Below, piece by piece: positions 17,901 through 26,169 of a DNA stretch of 41,920 bases. Where the stretch lies: contig JAJDEM010000044.1 of NCBI GenBank assembly GCA_029259795.1, positions 1 through 41,920 on the forward strand. The letters are read 5' to 3'. A program made the translations under genes and the position numbers. Numbering within the stretch: the first letter of the stretch is position 1; each line of letters opens with the position of its first letter. Below the pieces are notes generated by a model. It ran no database searches. It was not told the origin of the DNA and saw only the letters and a program-made list of their open reading frames with translations. The stretch is from Planctomycetota bacterium. GTDB lineage: Bacteria > Planctomycetota > PLA2 > JAEUHO01.

Positions 17901-18207
17901 CCCGAAAGGCGCGGATGGCGGCCGCAGCGTGGCCCTTGGCATCGGCGAGGCAGGCAAACGCCACCGCGTGCTTGCACATCCCCTCGTAGCTCCACGCCGG
18001 GCAGGTGCAGTCGGCCACGAGGCCACTCTCGCCGTATTGCAGCTCGACGTCGTAGCCTTCCGTACCGACCACCACGGCCCGTAGATGGCCGCTGGCGGTC
18101 AACTGAACGCCTCGGACCCGGCCCTCCCGGAAGTAGGTGATCCCGCGCGCGATGGTGCGCTCTTGGGCGTGTTCCTTGCAGAGACGGAGATAGGGGTCAG
18201 CAGACAT
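14977..18207 (-). CDS. SWIM zinc-finger SNF2-family helicase/ATPase
   Basis: SWIM motif CTCP...CKH; helicase motifs LADDMGLGKT, DESQ, LSGTP, LVFSQF, SLKAGGTGLNL, QAVGRAHRMGQ. Confidence 0.95.
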   Translation of the reverse strand: MSADPYLRLCKEHAQERTIARGITYFREGRVRGVQLTASGHLRAVVVGTEGYDVELQYGESGLVADCTCPAWSYEGMCKHAVAFACLADAKGHAAAAIRAFRAGEQLTSLADPAAAGGLTSGRAPSWRMRFAHLEQGALRRQEEIVGREGARSQLFELWIDPRECVTHSGLVLSLTRKQARKGGGYGEASEAKWSTLEKYRTMSKDVRLALYRIAKVGDDKAFGWRWNEQSRIHVPPRDAARALESVQGIVPVYCRGADGDWRGPLTWSTTPWRFELNLRPAGDPADPRAVSLEAELVCGEDRRPLEAAQLLLPGGIAILDDGVGPFDDAGASDWVSNLREDGAMQVRGEDVGAFLESLMSVARGVPLELGELAEPSEAPLGSLDLSLPPGPHAEGTVTFTYGDVLVSAADPSRYLTTREDIPRILRRNDEGEGALLASLTEQGCIRSGPAWAERPYLMPVEDLARRCTRLIEAGWAVRVESRAVKSGGSLAVRVSSGIDWFDIDGEVTFDQEALPLPAILQAVRAGRGFVELAGGGAALLPPEWISRLEALGALSATPVAGENLRVARARAPLLDILLDDLANVQVDADFEALRETLAGFKGVRARRESKSFEGTLRDYQREALGWLAFLREAGLGGCLADDMGLGKTVQVLACLLPRRRAKDRRGPSLVVAPRSVMSNWVREAERFAPALRVASYHGPSRADTLKDVSKLDLIVTTYGTMRRDIKILADIPLDYAVLDESQAIKNATSKTARAARQLDAKHRLALSGTPIENHLEELGSLFAFLNPGLLGTKREFQALLGSTGKPSLERIAWLQAALRPVILRRTREQVLTELPELEEQVLRCALQPEQRQAYDGIREHYRASVLSKVDNSGLGKSKMHVLEALLRLRQAACHPGLIDKQRVSETAAKLELLLPMLEEIADAGHKALVFSQFTSFLAIVRDRLDELSIRYEYLDGKTTKRGESIDRFQEDPDVTTFLISLKAGGTGLNLTAAQYVFILDPWWNPAVEAQAVGRAHRMGQQNPVTVYRLIGEDTVEDRVLQLQARKRELVQAVLGGVNDAPLRGITRADLELLLG

Positions 18208-18310
18208 GGGCGAACGATCCTACGGGGTCGAAGCCCGACCCCCGCAGAAGGTCGCTGCCTTGGAATCCAATCGGCCACACAGCACGCGCAGATTCGCGTT
18301 CAATGGGGCG

Positions 18311-20299
18311 ATGCAGCGGCGGGTTCTCCTCCTTCTTCTCCTCGCCCCCCTTCTCGTCTGCCTGACGGCGCCCACGCGGGCAGCAGCCGATGACTTCGGG
18401 GAGACCGAGCACAGGCTGAAGACCGCTGGGATCGAGCCGGACCTCCGGAAACGGATCCATGCGGGCATTGCACGTGCCGTCGCCTGGCTCCGCGCGAAAC
18501 AGAACCCCAGGAAGGGGAGCTTCTCGCGCGACATCGGGCATACCGTCCTGGCCGCCCTCGCGCTGCGCCACGCGGCCACACCGGCGGCCCTCGAAGGCTC
18601 GGCTGCTGCGCTGGTGTGGCTACGCAAGTACGCCGAGGGGCACCTGCAGTCGCGTACGTACGAGGGCGGCATCGCGGCCATGCTCCTTGACGCCAACAAG
18701 AGCGACGACGCCCTGGGGCGCAAGATCCACAAGCAGCTAGCGATCGGGCCAGGCAAGAGCGGCTGGTGGGGCTACTCGCCAAGTGGCACCCACGGGAGAG
18801 CCAATCTATCGACGGCCCAGTTTGGCGCGCTGGGGCTCTGGGCGACCGAGCGCCGCGGCGCCCCCCTTGCCCGCGCCGCGTGGCTGCGGCATCTCAGCGG
18901 CACGATGCGAGAGCAACTCGCCGATGGCTCCTGGACCTACGCACCGCTGGGCGGCGGCCAGCAGAACGCGCGCTACGGGGGGTACGCCACCGGGACCTTC
19001 ATGGGCTACGCCGGCATCGTGCTCGCCAGCAACGCGCTCAAGGACGACATGCCCGAGGACGAGGACTTCCTCGCACGCCTGGCAATCGTGAGCGCGCGCG
19101 CCGAAGGCGCGCTGCGCCGCGATGTGCAGGCTGTGCTCGGGTCCCCTGGCACGGCCCTCACCATGAGCACCAACCTCTTCTATCGCATCTACGCACTGGA
19201 GAAGGCGTGCGTCTTCGCGGGTCACACCGATGTGGGCGGCGTCGACTGGTATCGGGAGGGCGCCAACATCCTCCTGCGTGGCCAACTCCGCGATGGCGGC
19301 TGGGGGGTTACGAGCCTCGGCGGCGCCACGGTGCGGCGCCCGGGCACGCCCAGGGTCACCGTACGGTCCAACACGATCCAGACGGCCTTTGGACTGCTGT
19401 TCCTGTTGCGCGCCTCGGAGAGCTACCGACCGCTCACGCCGCGTCCCGTCGACCGCAAGCCGGTCACGACGCCCACCGGCGACGAGCCGCCCGAACCCGA
19501 AGACCTCCCGCCTCCGCCGCCGCGCTTGAGCATCGCGAACAAGATCCTCGATCGCCTCGAGGCGCACTTGGGTGCCCCTGGCGTTCCTCGACTCGCGCCC
19601 TACCTGAGCGCCTTTCGCTTCATCAGGCGCACCTATCCCAGGGCTCGCACGAAAGACGGCTTCCTCTCCCCAGAGCACGACGCGTGGTGCCGGCGCGCCG
19701 ACGCGCTTCTCCTACGGGCCGTGACCCACTTCACCGCAGCGCCCGGTAGCGCGCGTGGACCCGCCGTCTCCTTGGAAGCCCTCAAGACGCTCGCCGTCTC
19801 GCACCCGCGGGTCGGCCTGCTCCTCATGCGTCGCGTCGCGACCATGCGCCACGACAGGTCTTTCTCGCGGCACCTGCACTCCGCTTGGTACGCAGCGGCG
19901 TTCGAAGCCCTCCGGCGACTCGCGCCCGCGGGGATCGATGCGTGGCTGGCTGGGCGCATGGTCACGCCCGATCTCAAGCAGGCCGTCCGCTCCAGAGCGG
20001 CGCTTGTCACCCTCGGCGGTCGCGCGTTCTTCATGACCGGCGCCCAGCGCCACGCGACCGCCCGCAACCTGCTCGCCGGCCTCCGCCCCCTCTTCATTCG
20101 CGGCGCCATCACGGACCCCGGCCTCAAGCGCATGGTGCGCGCGCTGGCGTTCACCCTCCAGCGCCTTGCCACCCCCGCCGCCGAGCAGGGCCTGGCCCTC
20201 AATCACCACGCCGGCCTCGCCACCCACGACGCGCAGGCAATCATGCGCTGGTGGCAAGCGTGGCGCGCGCCGACGGCATCGATCTGGCAGGACCGGTAG
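18311..20299 (+). CDS. Secreted alpha/alpha-toroid (prenyltransferase/squalene-cyclase repeat-like) protein with a C-terminal helical domain
   Basis: Signal peptide MQRRVLLLLLLAPLL...AAADD. QW-like repeats WLRAKQNPRKGSF, EQLADGSW, DWYREGANILLRGQLRDGGW; TAFGLLFL; Pro-rich linker. Confidence 0.7.
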   Translation: MQRRVLLLLLLAPLLVCLTAPTRAAADDFGETEHRLKTAGIEPDLRKRIHAGIARAVAWLRAKQNPRKGSFSRDIGHTVLAALALRHAATPAALEGSAAALVWLRKYAEGHLQSRTYEGGIAAMLLDANKSDDALGRKIHKQLAIGPGKSGWWGYSPSGTHGRANLSTAQFGALGLWATERRGAPLARAAWLRHLSGTMREQLADGSWTYAPLGGGQQNARYGGYATGTFMGYAGIVLASNALKDDMPEDEDFLARLAIVSARAEGALRRDVQAVLGSPGTALTMSTNLFYRIYALEKACVFAGHTDVGGVDWYREGANILLRGQLRDGGWGVTSLGGATVRRPGTPRVTVRSNTIQTAFGLLFLLRASESYRPLTPRPVDRKPVTTPTGDEPPEPEDLPPPPPRLSIANKILDRLEAHLGAPGVPRLAPYLSAFRFIRRTYPRARTKDGFLSPEHDAWCRRADALLLRAVTHFTAAPGSARGPAVSLEALKTLAVSHPRVGLLLMRRVATMRHDRSFSRHLHSAWYAAAFEALRRLAPAGIDAWLAGRMVTPDLKQAVRSRAALVTLGGRAFFMTGAQRHATARNLLAGLRPLFIRGAITDPGLKRMVRALAFTLQRLATPAAEQGLALNHHAGLATHDAQAIMRWWQAWRAPTASIWQDR

Positions 20300-20308
20300 G
20301 CTCTCGGC

Positions 20309-20851
20309 GTGCTCGAACCCAAGAAGCCCACACCCGACGATCTGGATCGGCTCCTGCTAGCCACACGAGACGACGAAGCGCTCGGGGGCGTGAACATCCA
20401 TGCATTGATCGAGCTTGCCAAGCGCGGGCTTCACGCCGTCGGCGGCGAGCTCCTTCTCGACCCCATCGACATCCGGGGTGTCATCGGCAACAGCGTTCCG
20501 ACGAGTCCACGCGGCAAGCAGACGACCGTTGCCTGGAAGCGGCTCGTGATGCGAACGGTCAAGGCAGCTCGCGGCGACGGACCGCTCGACCCACTGGTTC
20601 CGCGGGTCGTAGAGATCCACTTCGAGTTCCACCGCAGCAACCACGGCGGCCACGACTGCGACGCCGAGAACTTCGTCAAGCCCACCGCCGACGCCATCGC
20701 GGCCGGCCTCTTCTGCCCCAACGACCTCGAACCCGAAGACGTCCGACGCTTCGCATTCGACGACACGCGCTTCAGCGTCATCCCCTACCGCATGGACGAT
20801 CCCGCCACCGCTGGGGAAGAGGGCGTCACCGTCATCATCCGCGAGGCGTAG
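20309..20851 (+). CDS. RusA-like Holliday-junction resolvase fold protein (divergent)
   Basis: VEIHFEF...DCDAENFVKPTADAI...FDDTRF...GEEGVTVII resembles the RusA DxDNxxKxxxDAL...DD signature. Confidence 0.5.
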   Translation: MLEPKKPTPDDLDRLLLATRDDEALGGVNIHALIELAKRGLHAVGGELLLDPIDIRGVIGNSVPTSPRGKQTTVAWKRLVMRTVKAARGDGPLDPLVPRVVEIHFEFHRSNHGGHDCDAENFVKPTADAIAAGLFCPNDLEPEDVRRFAFDDTRFSVIPYRMDDPATAGEEGVTVIIREA

Positions 20852-20881
20852 CCGGCAAGCCTCGCACGCGCTCGCGGCGGC

Positions 20882-23869
20882 CTACACCGCGCCCCAGAAG
20901 ATCCAGCCGGCCCAGTAGTAGGGCGCTGCCCAATGCGCCTTGCCATGCTTGTCCTTGTGAGTCCGCACGACCTCCTGGGCCTCGCGGAGCGCGTCGTGCA
21001 ATGAGCGACCCTTGCTACGCTCGGTGTAGAAGGCCGTCATGAGTACGGACGTCGCCTTGTCATCGGCAGGCCAGAGACTCGTGAGCAGTCTCGGGCAACC
21101 CGCGGCCATGGCGGCGCGGACGAACCCGAGCAGGCCTACGCCGTCGCGATGCTGAGCGCGACCGACGTCGCAAGCCGACACGACCGTCAGATGGGCGCGC
21201 AGCTTGAGCGCGAACAGCTCGCTGGCGGTAAGAAACCCGTCGTCCTCGTCGGTCGGTGACAATGCCACGCAGGTCAGGCCGGGCGTTCCGTCGTCGACGA
21301 TGCCATGGCAGCCAAGGTGAACAACGTCCCAGACCTCGTCGGTGGCGAGTTGTCGTTTCAACTCCGTCTCCGAAGCCGCCGCGCGCAGAAGGCGAATGCC
21401 CTTTTGCCCGATGAGCTTGCTGCTTTCAGCGCCGCTGTGCTCCAAGCGCGGGAGATACCTGGAACCGGGCGCCCAGGGGACGGTGCGGCCGCCGACGGCC
21501 TTCTCGTAGAGAGGGTCGCCCATGGCGAGCGAGCGCCCGCCCTTCTCGGGACGCAAGGTCCGCGCCTGAAGAAGCGAGGTCGCCGAGGGCACTACGGTGA
21601 TGTCAAGCCGCGCTGCGCGTGCGACCGGAAGGCTCGACCACGGAACGACCGTCAGGGGTCCGGCCGGGCTCACGTAGAGGCGGCGGATCGAGGCAGGAAG
21701 TGCCAGATCTTGGATCAGACGCTGCTCGATGACGGCGATTGGACGCTCATACTGCTCGCGTGTCATGTCGCCGACCGAGCGCTGAAGCGTCTCACATGCG
21801 GCCTCGACCTCTGGCCACTTCTTGAGTACCGGAGTCCGCGCGCCAGCCTTGGTAACCACCAGCACGCTCGCAGCCCCGGCGTGCACGTCGTAGAGTGCGA
21901 TGGCCTCGTCGGAAGCAAGCGCCTTGCGTACGGTCTTCAACACCGCCGCCTTCGGGTAGGCGAGCGCAGCCCGGGAGCCCGCCTGTCTCTGGATGCTCGT
22001 GATCACATCCAGGAAGGCCGTTTGCGCGGCATCCTTGGCCGCACGCGCATCAGCGACTCGCTTGTCCCGAAGGCTGCGTCCGAACCGGCTGTGCAACAAC
22101 AGGTAGCGCTCACGCGCAGCCACAAGCACACGCTGGGCCTTTCGCTCGCGGGCCCGTAGCTCTGGCTTCAGATCCAAGCCTCGCGCAAGGTGGCTGCCGC
22201 CCATGGCGCGAACCAGCAGGCGAGCCCGGCCCGCTTCGTAGGCTTCGAACTCAAGCGCCCTGTCGTTCGATGCCCGAGCAGCGCGCCCCCAGACGCGGAA
22301 GATCCGCGCGCGCTCGCGCTCCGACCGGACGCTGATGTCTTCCTCATCCGCAAGGCCCAAAGTGGACTCGTCCATGAGCGCCATCGCCGCCTTGGCCTGC
22401 TTGACCGCCGCGACAGGCCTACCCGCTTCGAGCTCAAGCTCCGCCAACCGGCCGTGGATCGAGGCTCCCAGGTCCAGGATCTCTTGCGCTTCGGTAACGA
22501 GGCGAGCCGCGTCGAGGCGAGCCCGCGCAGGCTTCCACTCTCCCAGGCCGATATGCGCAACTGCCGCCGTGAAGTGCGCCCAGGCGGCATCCTTGGTTCC
22601 CGCCGGCAGCATGGCGAGGCCCTGGGTCGCGTCGGTGAGCGCCGCCCGCCAATCCGCGCGCTCCACATGCAGCGCGAGCGCCCGATACATGTGCAGCCAG
22701 CCTACGAACTCGGGCTCGTTCATCTTCTGGAACGCAACCCGCGCGTCCTCAAGGCTGCTTGCAGCCGCCTTGAAGTCACCCGTCGCCGCGAAGGCCAGCC
22801 CCAAGTTTGCCCGCAGCGTGGCGTCGAATGTCGGGTCCAGCTGGCCGCTCTTCAAGAGGTGGCCGCCTCGCTTGATGGCACTGGTGTATCGGCCCATGTC
22901 GATGAGCAACGACACCAGCGTGTAGCCGGCATTCCTCTGCGTGACGGCGGCATCCACTGCATCTTCCTCGGCCACCCCTTCTGACGCGGCGGCCCGGCCC
23001 GCCTCGACAGCGGCACGTTCGCAGGTCGAGAGCGCCTCTGCATAGCGCCCCAGGTGACCGAGTGCGGTTGCCAGGTGCACCCGCGCCGCTGCCGCCTGCG
23101 CCAAGGGTCCATGTTCGTCGAAGTGCGAGATGACACGGCGCAGACTCGTCACTGCGCCTCGAGGAGAACCCTCCCTCAGCGCGAGGAACGCGTCGAAGCG
23201 ATCGACATGCCGCTCCTCCGCTACGACCTGCATCGCCTTGGCAACGAGGCGCAGGTCACGGAGCGTGGCTCGGGCATCTCCGAAGCGCGCCTCGTCCTTA
23301 AGGATGAAGAACCGGCCATGCAAGGCCACCGCCTGGCCTCGCAGCCAACCCAACTCACGGGCCACGCGCTCCATATCGCTGTAGGACGCGAGCGCATCCT
23401 CGAGCTTGCCGAGCGCAGTTGAGGACTCTGCGATGGCGTGGCTGCGCATCCAACCGAGCACGCTTGGGGCGGCGGGCGGGCGGGCTGCCAGAAGCCCTAG
23501 GACTCCCTCATGGTCACCCGCAGCAAGAACGTCGATCGCCTCAACGATGGCGCGCCGAAGCAGCGGCTGCGCTTGGGACGGGGCGCGAGCGTAGCGCAGA
23601 AGGCCATCGCGATCTGGTTGGCGTAAAGCACCGGCATAGGTAACCGCAGCCCGTGTGAACCCATCTGCGAGCAGCCGATCGACGATTTGCCATGGCACTA
23701 CGGCAGGCGGCGACGCCAGGCGACGAAGTGTGGCGTCGTCGCCTTCGCGAGCAGCCTTCAGGGTGCTTGCGAACAGCTCCGCATGGACGTCCGCGTCACC
23801 AGATGCGACGGGCGCTCCCCAGCCCAGGCCAAGGATCAGGATCCACGGCCCAAGGCGAAGAGCACGCAT
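20882..23869 (-). CDS. Signal-peptide TPR-CHAT (caspase-like) protease
   Basis: Hydrophobic N-terminus; TPR-like repeats (LGRYAEAL, MGRYTSAI, TGDFKAAA, LGEWKPAR); VVHLGCHG, DGFLTASE, VVSACDVG, TSLWPADD, PYYWAGWIFWG. Confidence 0.9.
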   Translation of the reverse strand: MRALRLGPWILILGLGWGAPVASGDADVHAELFASTLKAAREGDDATLRRLASPPAVVPWQIVDRLLADGFTRAAVTYAGALRQPDRDGLLRYARAPSQAQPLLRRAIVEAIDVLAAGDHEGVLGLLAARPPAAPSVLGWMRSHAIAESSTALGKLEDALASYSDMERVARELGWLRGQAVALHGRFFILKDEARFGDARATLRDLRLVAKAMQVVAEERHVDRFDAFLALREGSPRGAVTSLRRVISHFDEHGPLAQAAAARVHLATALGHLGRYAEALSTCERAAVEAGRAAASEGVAEEDAVDAAVTQRNAGYTLVSLLIDMGRYTSAIKRGGHLLKSGQLDPTFDATLRANLGLAFAATGDFKAAASSLEDARVAFQKMNEPEFVGWLHMYRALALHVERADWRAALTDATQGLAMLPAGTKDAAWAHFTAAVAHIGLGEWKPARARLDAARLVTEAQEILDLGASIHGRLAELELEAGRPVAAVKQAKAAMALMDESTLGLADEEDISVRSERERARIFRVWGRAARASNDRALEFEAYEAGRARLLVRAMGGSHLARGLDLKPELRARERKAQRVLVAARERYLLLHSRFGRSLRDKRVADARAAKDAAQTAFLDVITSIQRQAGSRAALAYPKAAVLKTVRKALASDEAIALYDVHAGAASVLVVTKAGARTPVLKKWPEVEAACETLQRSVGDMTREQYERPIAVIEQRLIQDLALPASIRRLYVSPAGPLTVVPWSSLPVARAARLDITVVPSATSLLQARTLRPEKGGRSLAMGDPLYEKAVGGRTVPWAPGSRYLPRLEHSGAESSKLIGQKGIRLLRAAASETELKRQLATDEVWDVVHLGCHGIVDDGTPGLTCVALSPTDEDDGFLTASELFALKLRAHLTVVSACDVGRAQHRDGVGLLGFVRAAMAAGCPRLLTSLWPADDKATSVLMTAFYTERSKGRSLHDALREAQEVVRTHKDKHGKAHWAAPYYWAGWIFWGAV

Positions 23870-23891
23870 TACCCGTGGTATCCGCCGGCCC

Positions 23892-24596
23892 CTACGGCTT
23901 GGCCGCTGAGGTCGCCAGGATACCGGTGGCGTGCGAAGTTGTGGTTCCGTGGGGATCGTCTGACCACACCTTGTTCACGGGATCCCATGTGAAGTAGATG
24001 ATGTCGTACTCGATCCAGTAATCGAAGTTGGAGCCGTTCGGCTTGACCTTCAGCTCCATGAGTACTTCTGCGATGTGCTTGTTGTAGGCCGGCGCCGGCA
24101 GATCAATCACGAACGACGGAATCACCGTCATCTTGAGCGTGGGCGTCTCGGCGAGGGCCAGATTGCTGAAGACAAGGCTCGGATGGATGTAGCCCGGCGT
24201 GTACGCGACATACTCGTAACCCGCATCGCCCGAGTGCCCGCTGCCCAAGGCGCCGGGGCTGTTGCCATTGGGGATGCGCTGCGGGAACGGCCCGATGGGG
24301 GCTGTATTCACGACCGGGCTGCCGTGCAACCCACGACTTCCTGCGCCGTAGAGGTACGGCTTTACGTCCCGCGCCGAGCGGTTCTTGAGGCGAACGACCT
24401 TGGCCGTCGGTCCGCTGCCCGAGTCTTTGAAGTAGTCTCCGATGCTCCCGAGAGGCCCTCCACCGTCATCCTTGGGCTTGCAGCAATCATCGCCGATGCA
24501 GGCAGAGCCAAGCAAGGCGAGGGCCGGTAGGAGCAGAAGGGCTAGCAGGCCTCTCCTGCTCAACTCAGGTCGATACCAACGGCGTGCAGTCCTCAT
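23892..24596 (-). CDS. Hypothetical lipoprotein (possible Tat substrate)
   Basis: GGAGGA SD and ATG at 24596; SRRGLL twin-arginine-like motif, hydrophobic stretch and lipobox LGSA-C. Confidence 0.7.
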   Translation of the reverse strand: MRTARRWYRPELSRRGLLALLLLPALALLGSACIGDDCCKPKDDGGGPLGSIGDYFKDSGSGPTAKVVRLKNRSARDVKPYLYGAGSRGLHGSPVVNTAPIGPFPQRIPNGNSPGALGSGHSGDAGYEYVAYTPGYIHPSLVFSNLALAETPTLKMTVIPSFVIDLPAPAYNKHIAEVLMELKVKPNGSNFDYWIEYDIIYFTWDPVNKVWSDDPHGTTTSHATGILATSAAKP

Positions 24597-24626
24597 GCGC
24601 AGTCCTCCATGGGACCCCAATCCCCT

Positions 24627-26027
24627 CTACGGGACAGGATCCAGGTTGTTTCCCCAGTTCGCAAAGAGCCTGAGATTCTTCCTGATGACCCTTGCGTTGT
24701 TTGCCGTCCCCACCTCGCCGACCGCGACGCCCGCAGAGTCCCCCTCCGGGTCCGTCTTGTTGGGGTTGCTGAAGACACGTTCCAGCACGCAGCTCGCGTT
24801 CTCCGAAGCCTTCCCCATCAGGGTGCAGCGGCGCTGTGACACAAAGTAGGACCCGCCAGTAATCCAGTCGGTCACCTCGACCTGGGCGAAGTACACGAAG
24901 CCGTGACCGTAGGCATCCCGCGGATTGTCCGGATCCGTGTTGTGTTGGCAAGCGAAGTTGTGGGCGACCTCGTGTGCCAAGGCGACGCCCCCCTCCATGT
25001 TGAGCCAACTCGTAATACTGTAGGCGCGCTCCGCGAAGTACCCATCGCCGGACTTCCAGATCTCCCCCTCGCCGAGATCGTTCATCCGGCTCCGAGCAAC
25101 GAGGACCGTCACGACGTCGGCCTTCTGGTCATAGCGAGTCCTGCGGAGGTCCTCGACAGCCTGGACGTCGGCCAGCAGGTCGACGTCGGAGGCGCCGTTC
25201 TCGTCCATGTCGACCAGCACGAAGCCCGTGACGCAGATCATGGTCGAGACCCCGCTCCGGCGCAACGCGTCGTTGAAGGCGCAGACGGCCGTGCCCGTTC
25301 GCGCGCGAATGATCGCCTCGTCGGAGTTGACGTCTGCAAGAACGTCGTTGGTGTAGCCCACCAACAGTTCGATCCGCGATCCGTCTTCGCTATTGTCCCG
25401 CTTCTTCCAGCGGCTGAGCGGTGGCCGCATGGGGCGCGGCGGACGCGGCGGGAGATCGGGTGGCGGGGGCAGGTCCAGCGGTTGGCGCGCGGCAGCCTTG
25501 CCTCCCAGCCGCACCCGCGGCATGTCCCGCCTAAGGTAGAGAACGCCACCCTGGTAGGGCAGCGTCGTCGCTGTGTACTCCAGAATCCGACCGCGGTAGA
25601 ACACGACCAGGTGCGAGGTGAATCGCTTGGCCTGCTTGAACTCGCCCTCCCAAGTGAAGGACATGAACGCTTGATACGAGCCCTGGTTGGCTGGGCTGGA
25701 GTATGCGATGACGCGCGGCATGCACCGACACGTCAACTTCATATGGATCGAGACGTCGTGCAGCTCGGGAAGGTCGACGCTGGCCCAGATGCTGGGCGCA
25801 CCGATGGAGCCGGTGATGCTCCGCCGGTTGAACCGTGCGAGGCCAAGCCTCTCACCCTTGCGTCCCAGGGCATAGCCACGCATGTGCCGCATGCGCTTGT
25901 GGGTCATGTGTCCATCGGGAAGCGCCTGGAAGACCTCAATCGGATGGGCCTCGTCAGCGTGGGCAGCCACGGTGTCGAGGCACAGCAGGATCGCAGGGAC
26001 AAGCCATCCAATGACGCGCACATGCAT
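24627..26027 (-). CDS. Secreted reprolysin-like (M12) zinc metalloprotease, paralog B
   Basis: Signal peptide ending AHA-DE; IELLVGYT, ADVVTVL, HEVAHNFACQH, YGHGF, Met-turn TLMG, FSNP. Confidence 0.85.
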   Translation of the reverse strand: MHVRVIGWLVPAILLCLDTVAAHADEAHPIEVFQALPDGHMTHKRMRHMRGYALGRKGERLGLARFNRRSITGSIGAPSIWASVDLPELHDVSIHMKLTCRCMPRVIAYSSPANQGSYQAFMSFTWEGEFKQAKRFTSHLVVFYRGRILEYTATTLPYQGGVLYLRRDMPRVRLGGKAAARQPLDLPPPPDLPPRPPRPMRPPLSRWKKRDNSEDGSRIELLVGYTNDVLADVNSDEAIIRARTGTAVCAFNDALRRSGVSTMICVTGFVLVDMDENGASDVDLLADVQAVEDLRRTRYDQKADVVTVLVARSRMNDLGEGEIWKSGDGYFAERAYSITSWLNMEGGVALAHEVAHNFACQHNTDPDNPRDAYGHGFVYFAQVEVTDWITGGSYFVSQRRCTLMGKASENASCVLERVFSNPNKTDPEGDSAGVAVGEVGTANNARVIRKNLRLFANWGNNLDPVP

Positions 26028-26169
26028 GAGGCGAGTGCTCCAATCCGCGGCCCATTGAACGCCAATGAACACCGAAAAATCAAGCCCACGGGCACCTTGG
26101 AGGCCCGTCGTGGCCTAACAAGCGAGTTGTGCGGCCAACCATGTCGATCAGGCGTCGGGTGGACACGGG

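Noticed and set aside
14977-18207. SWIM-SNF2 helicase as an anti-phage system component
   Set aside because: This is a widespread stand-alone architecture, and no methylase, PLD or other defence partners are adjacent.
18206-18310. Upstream start of the toroid gene overlapping the SNF2 start codon
   Set aside because: ATG 18311 begins a clean signal peptide and leaves room for divergent promoters.
24597-24629. TAG readthrough fusing metzincin B to the in-frame lipoprotein
   Set aside because: Both paralogs end at the same VP-stop, and the lipoprotein has its own SD and signal peptide.
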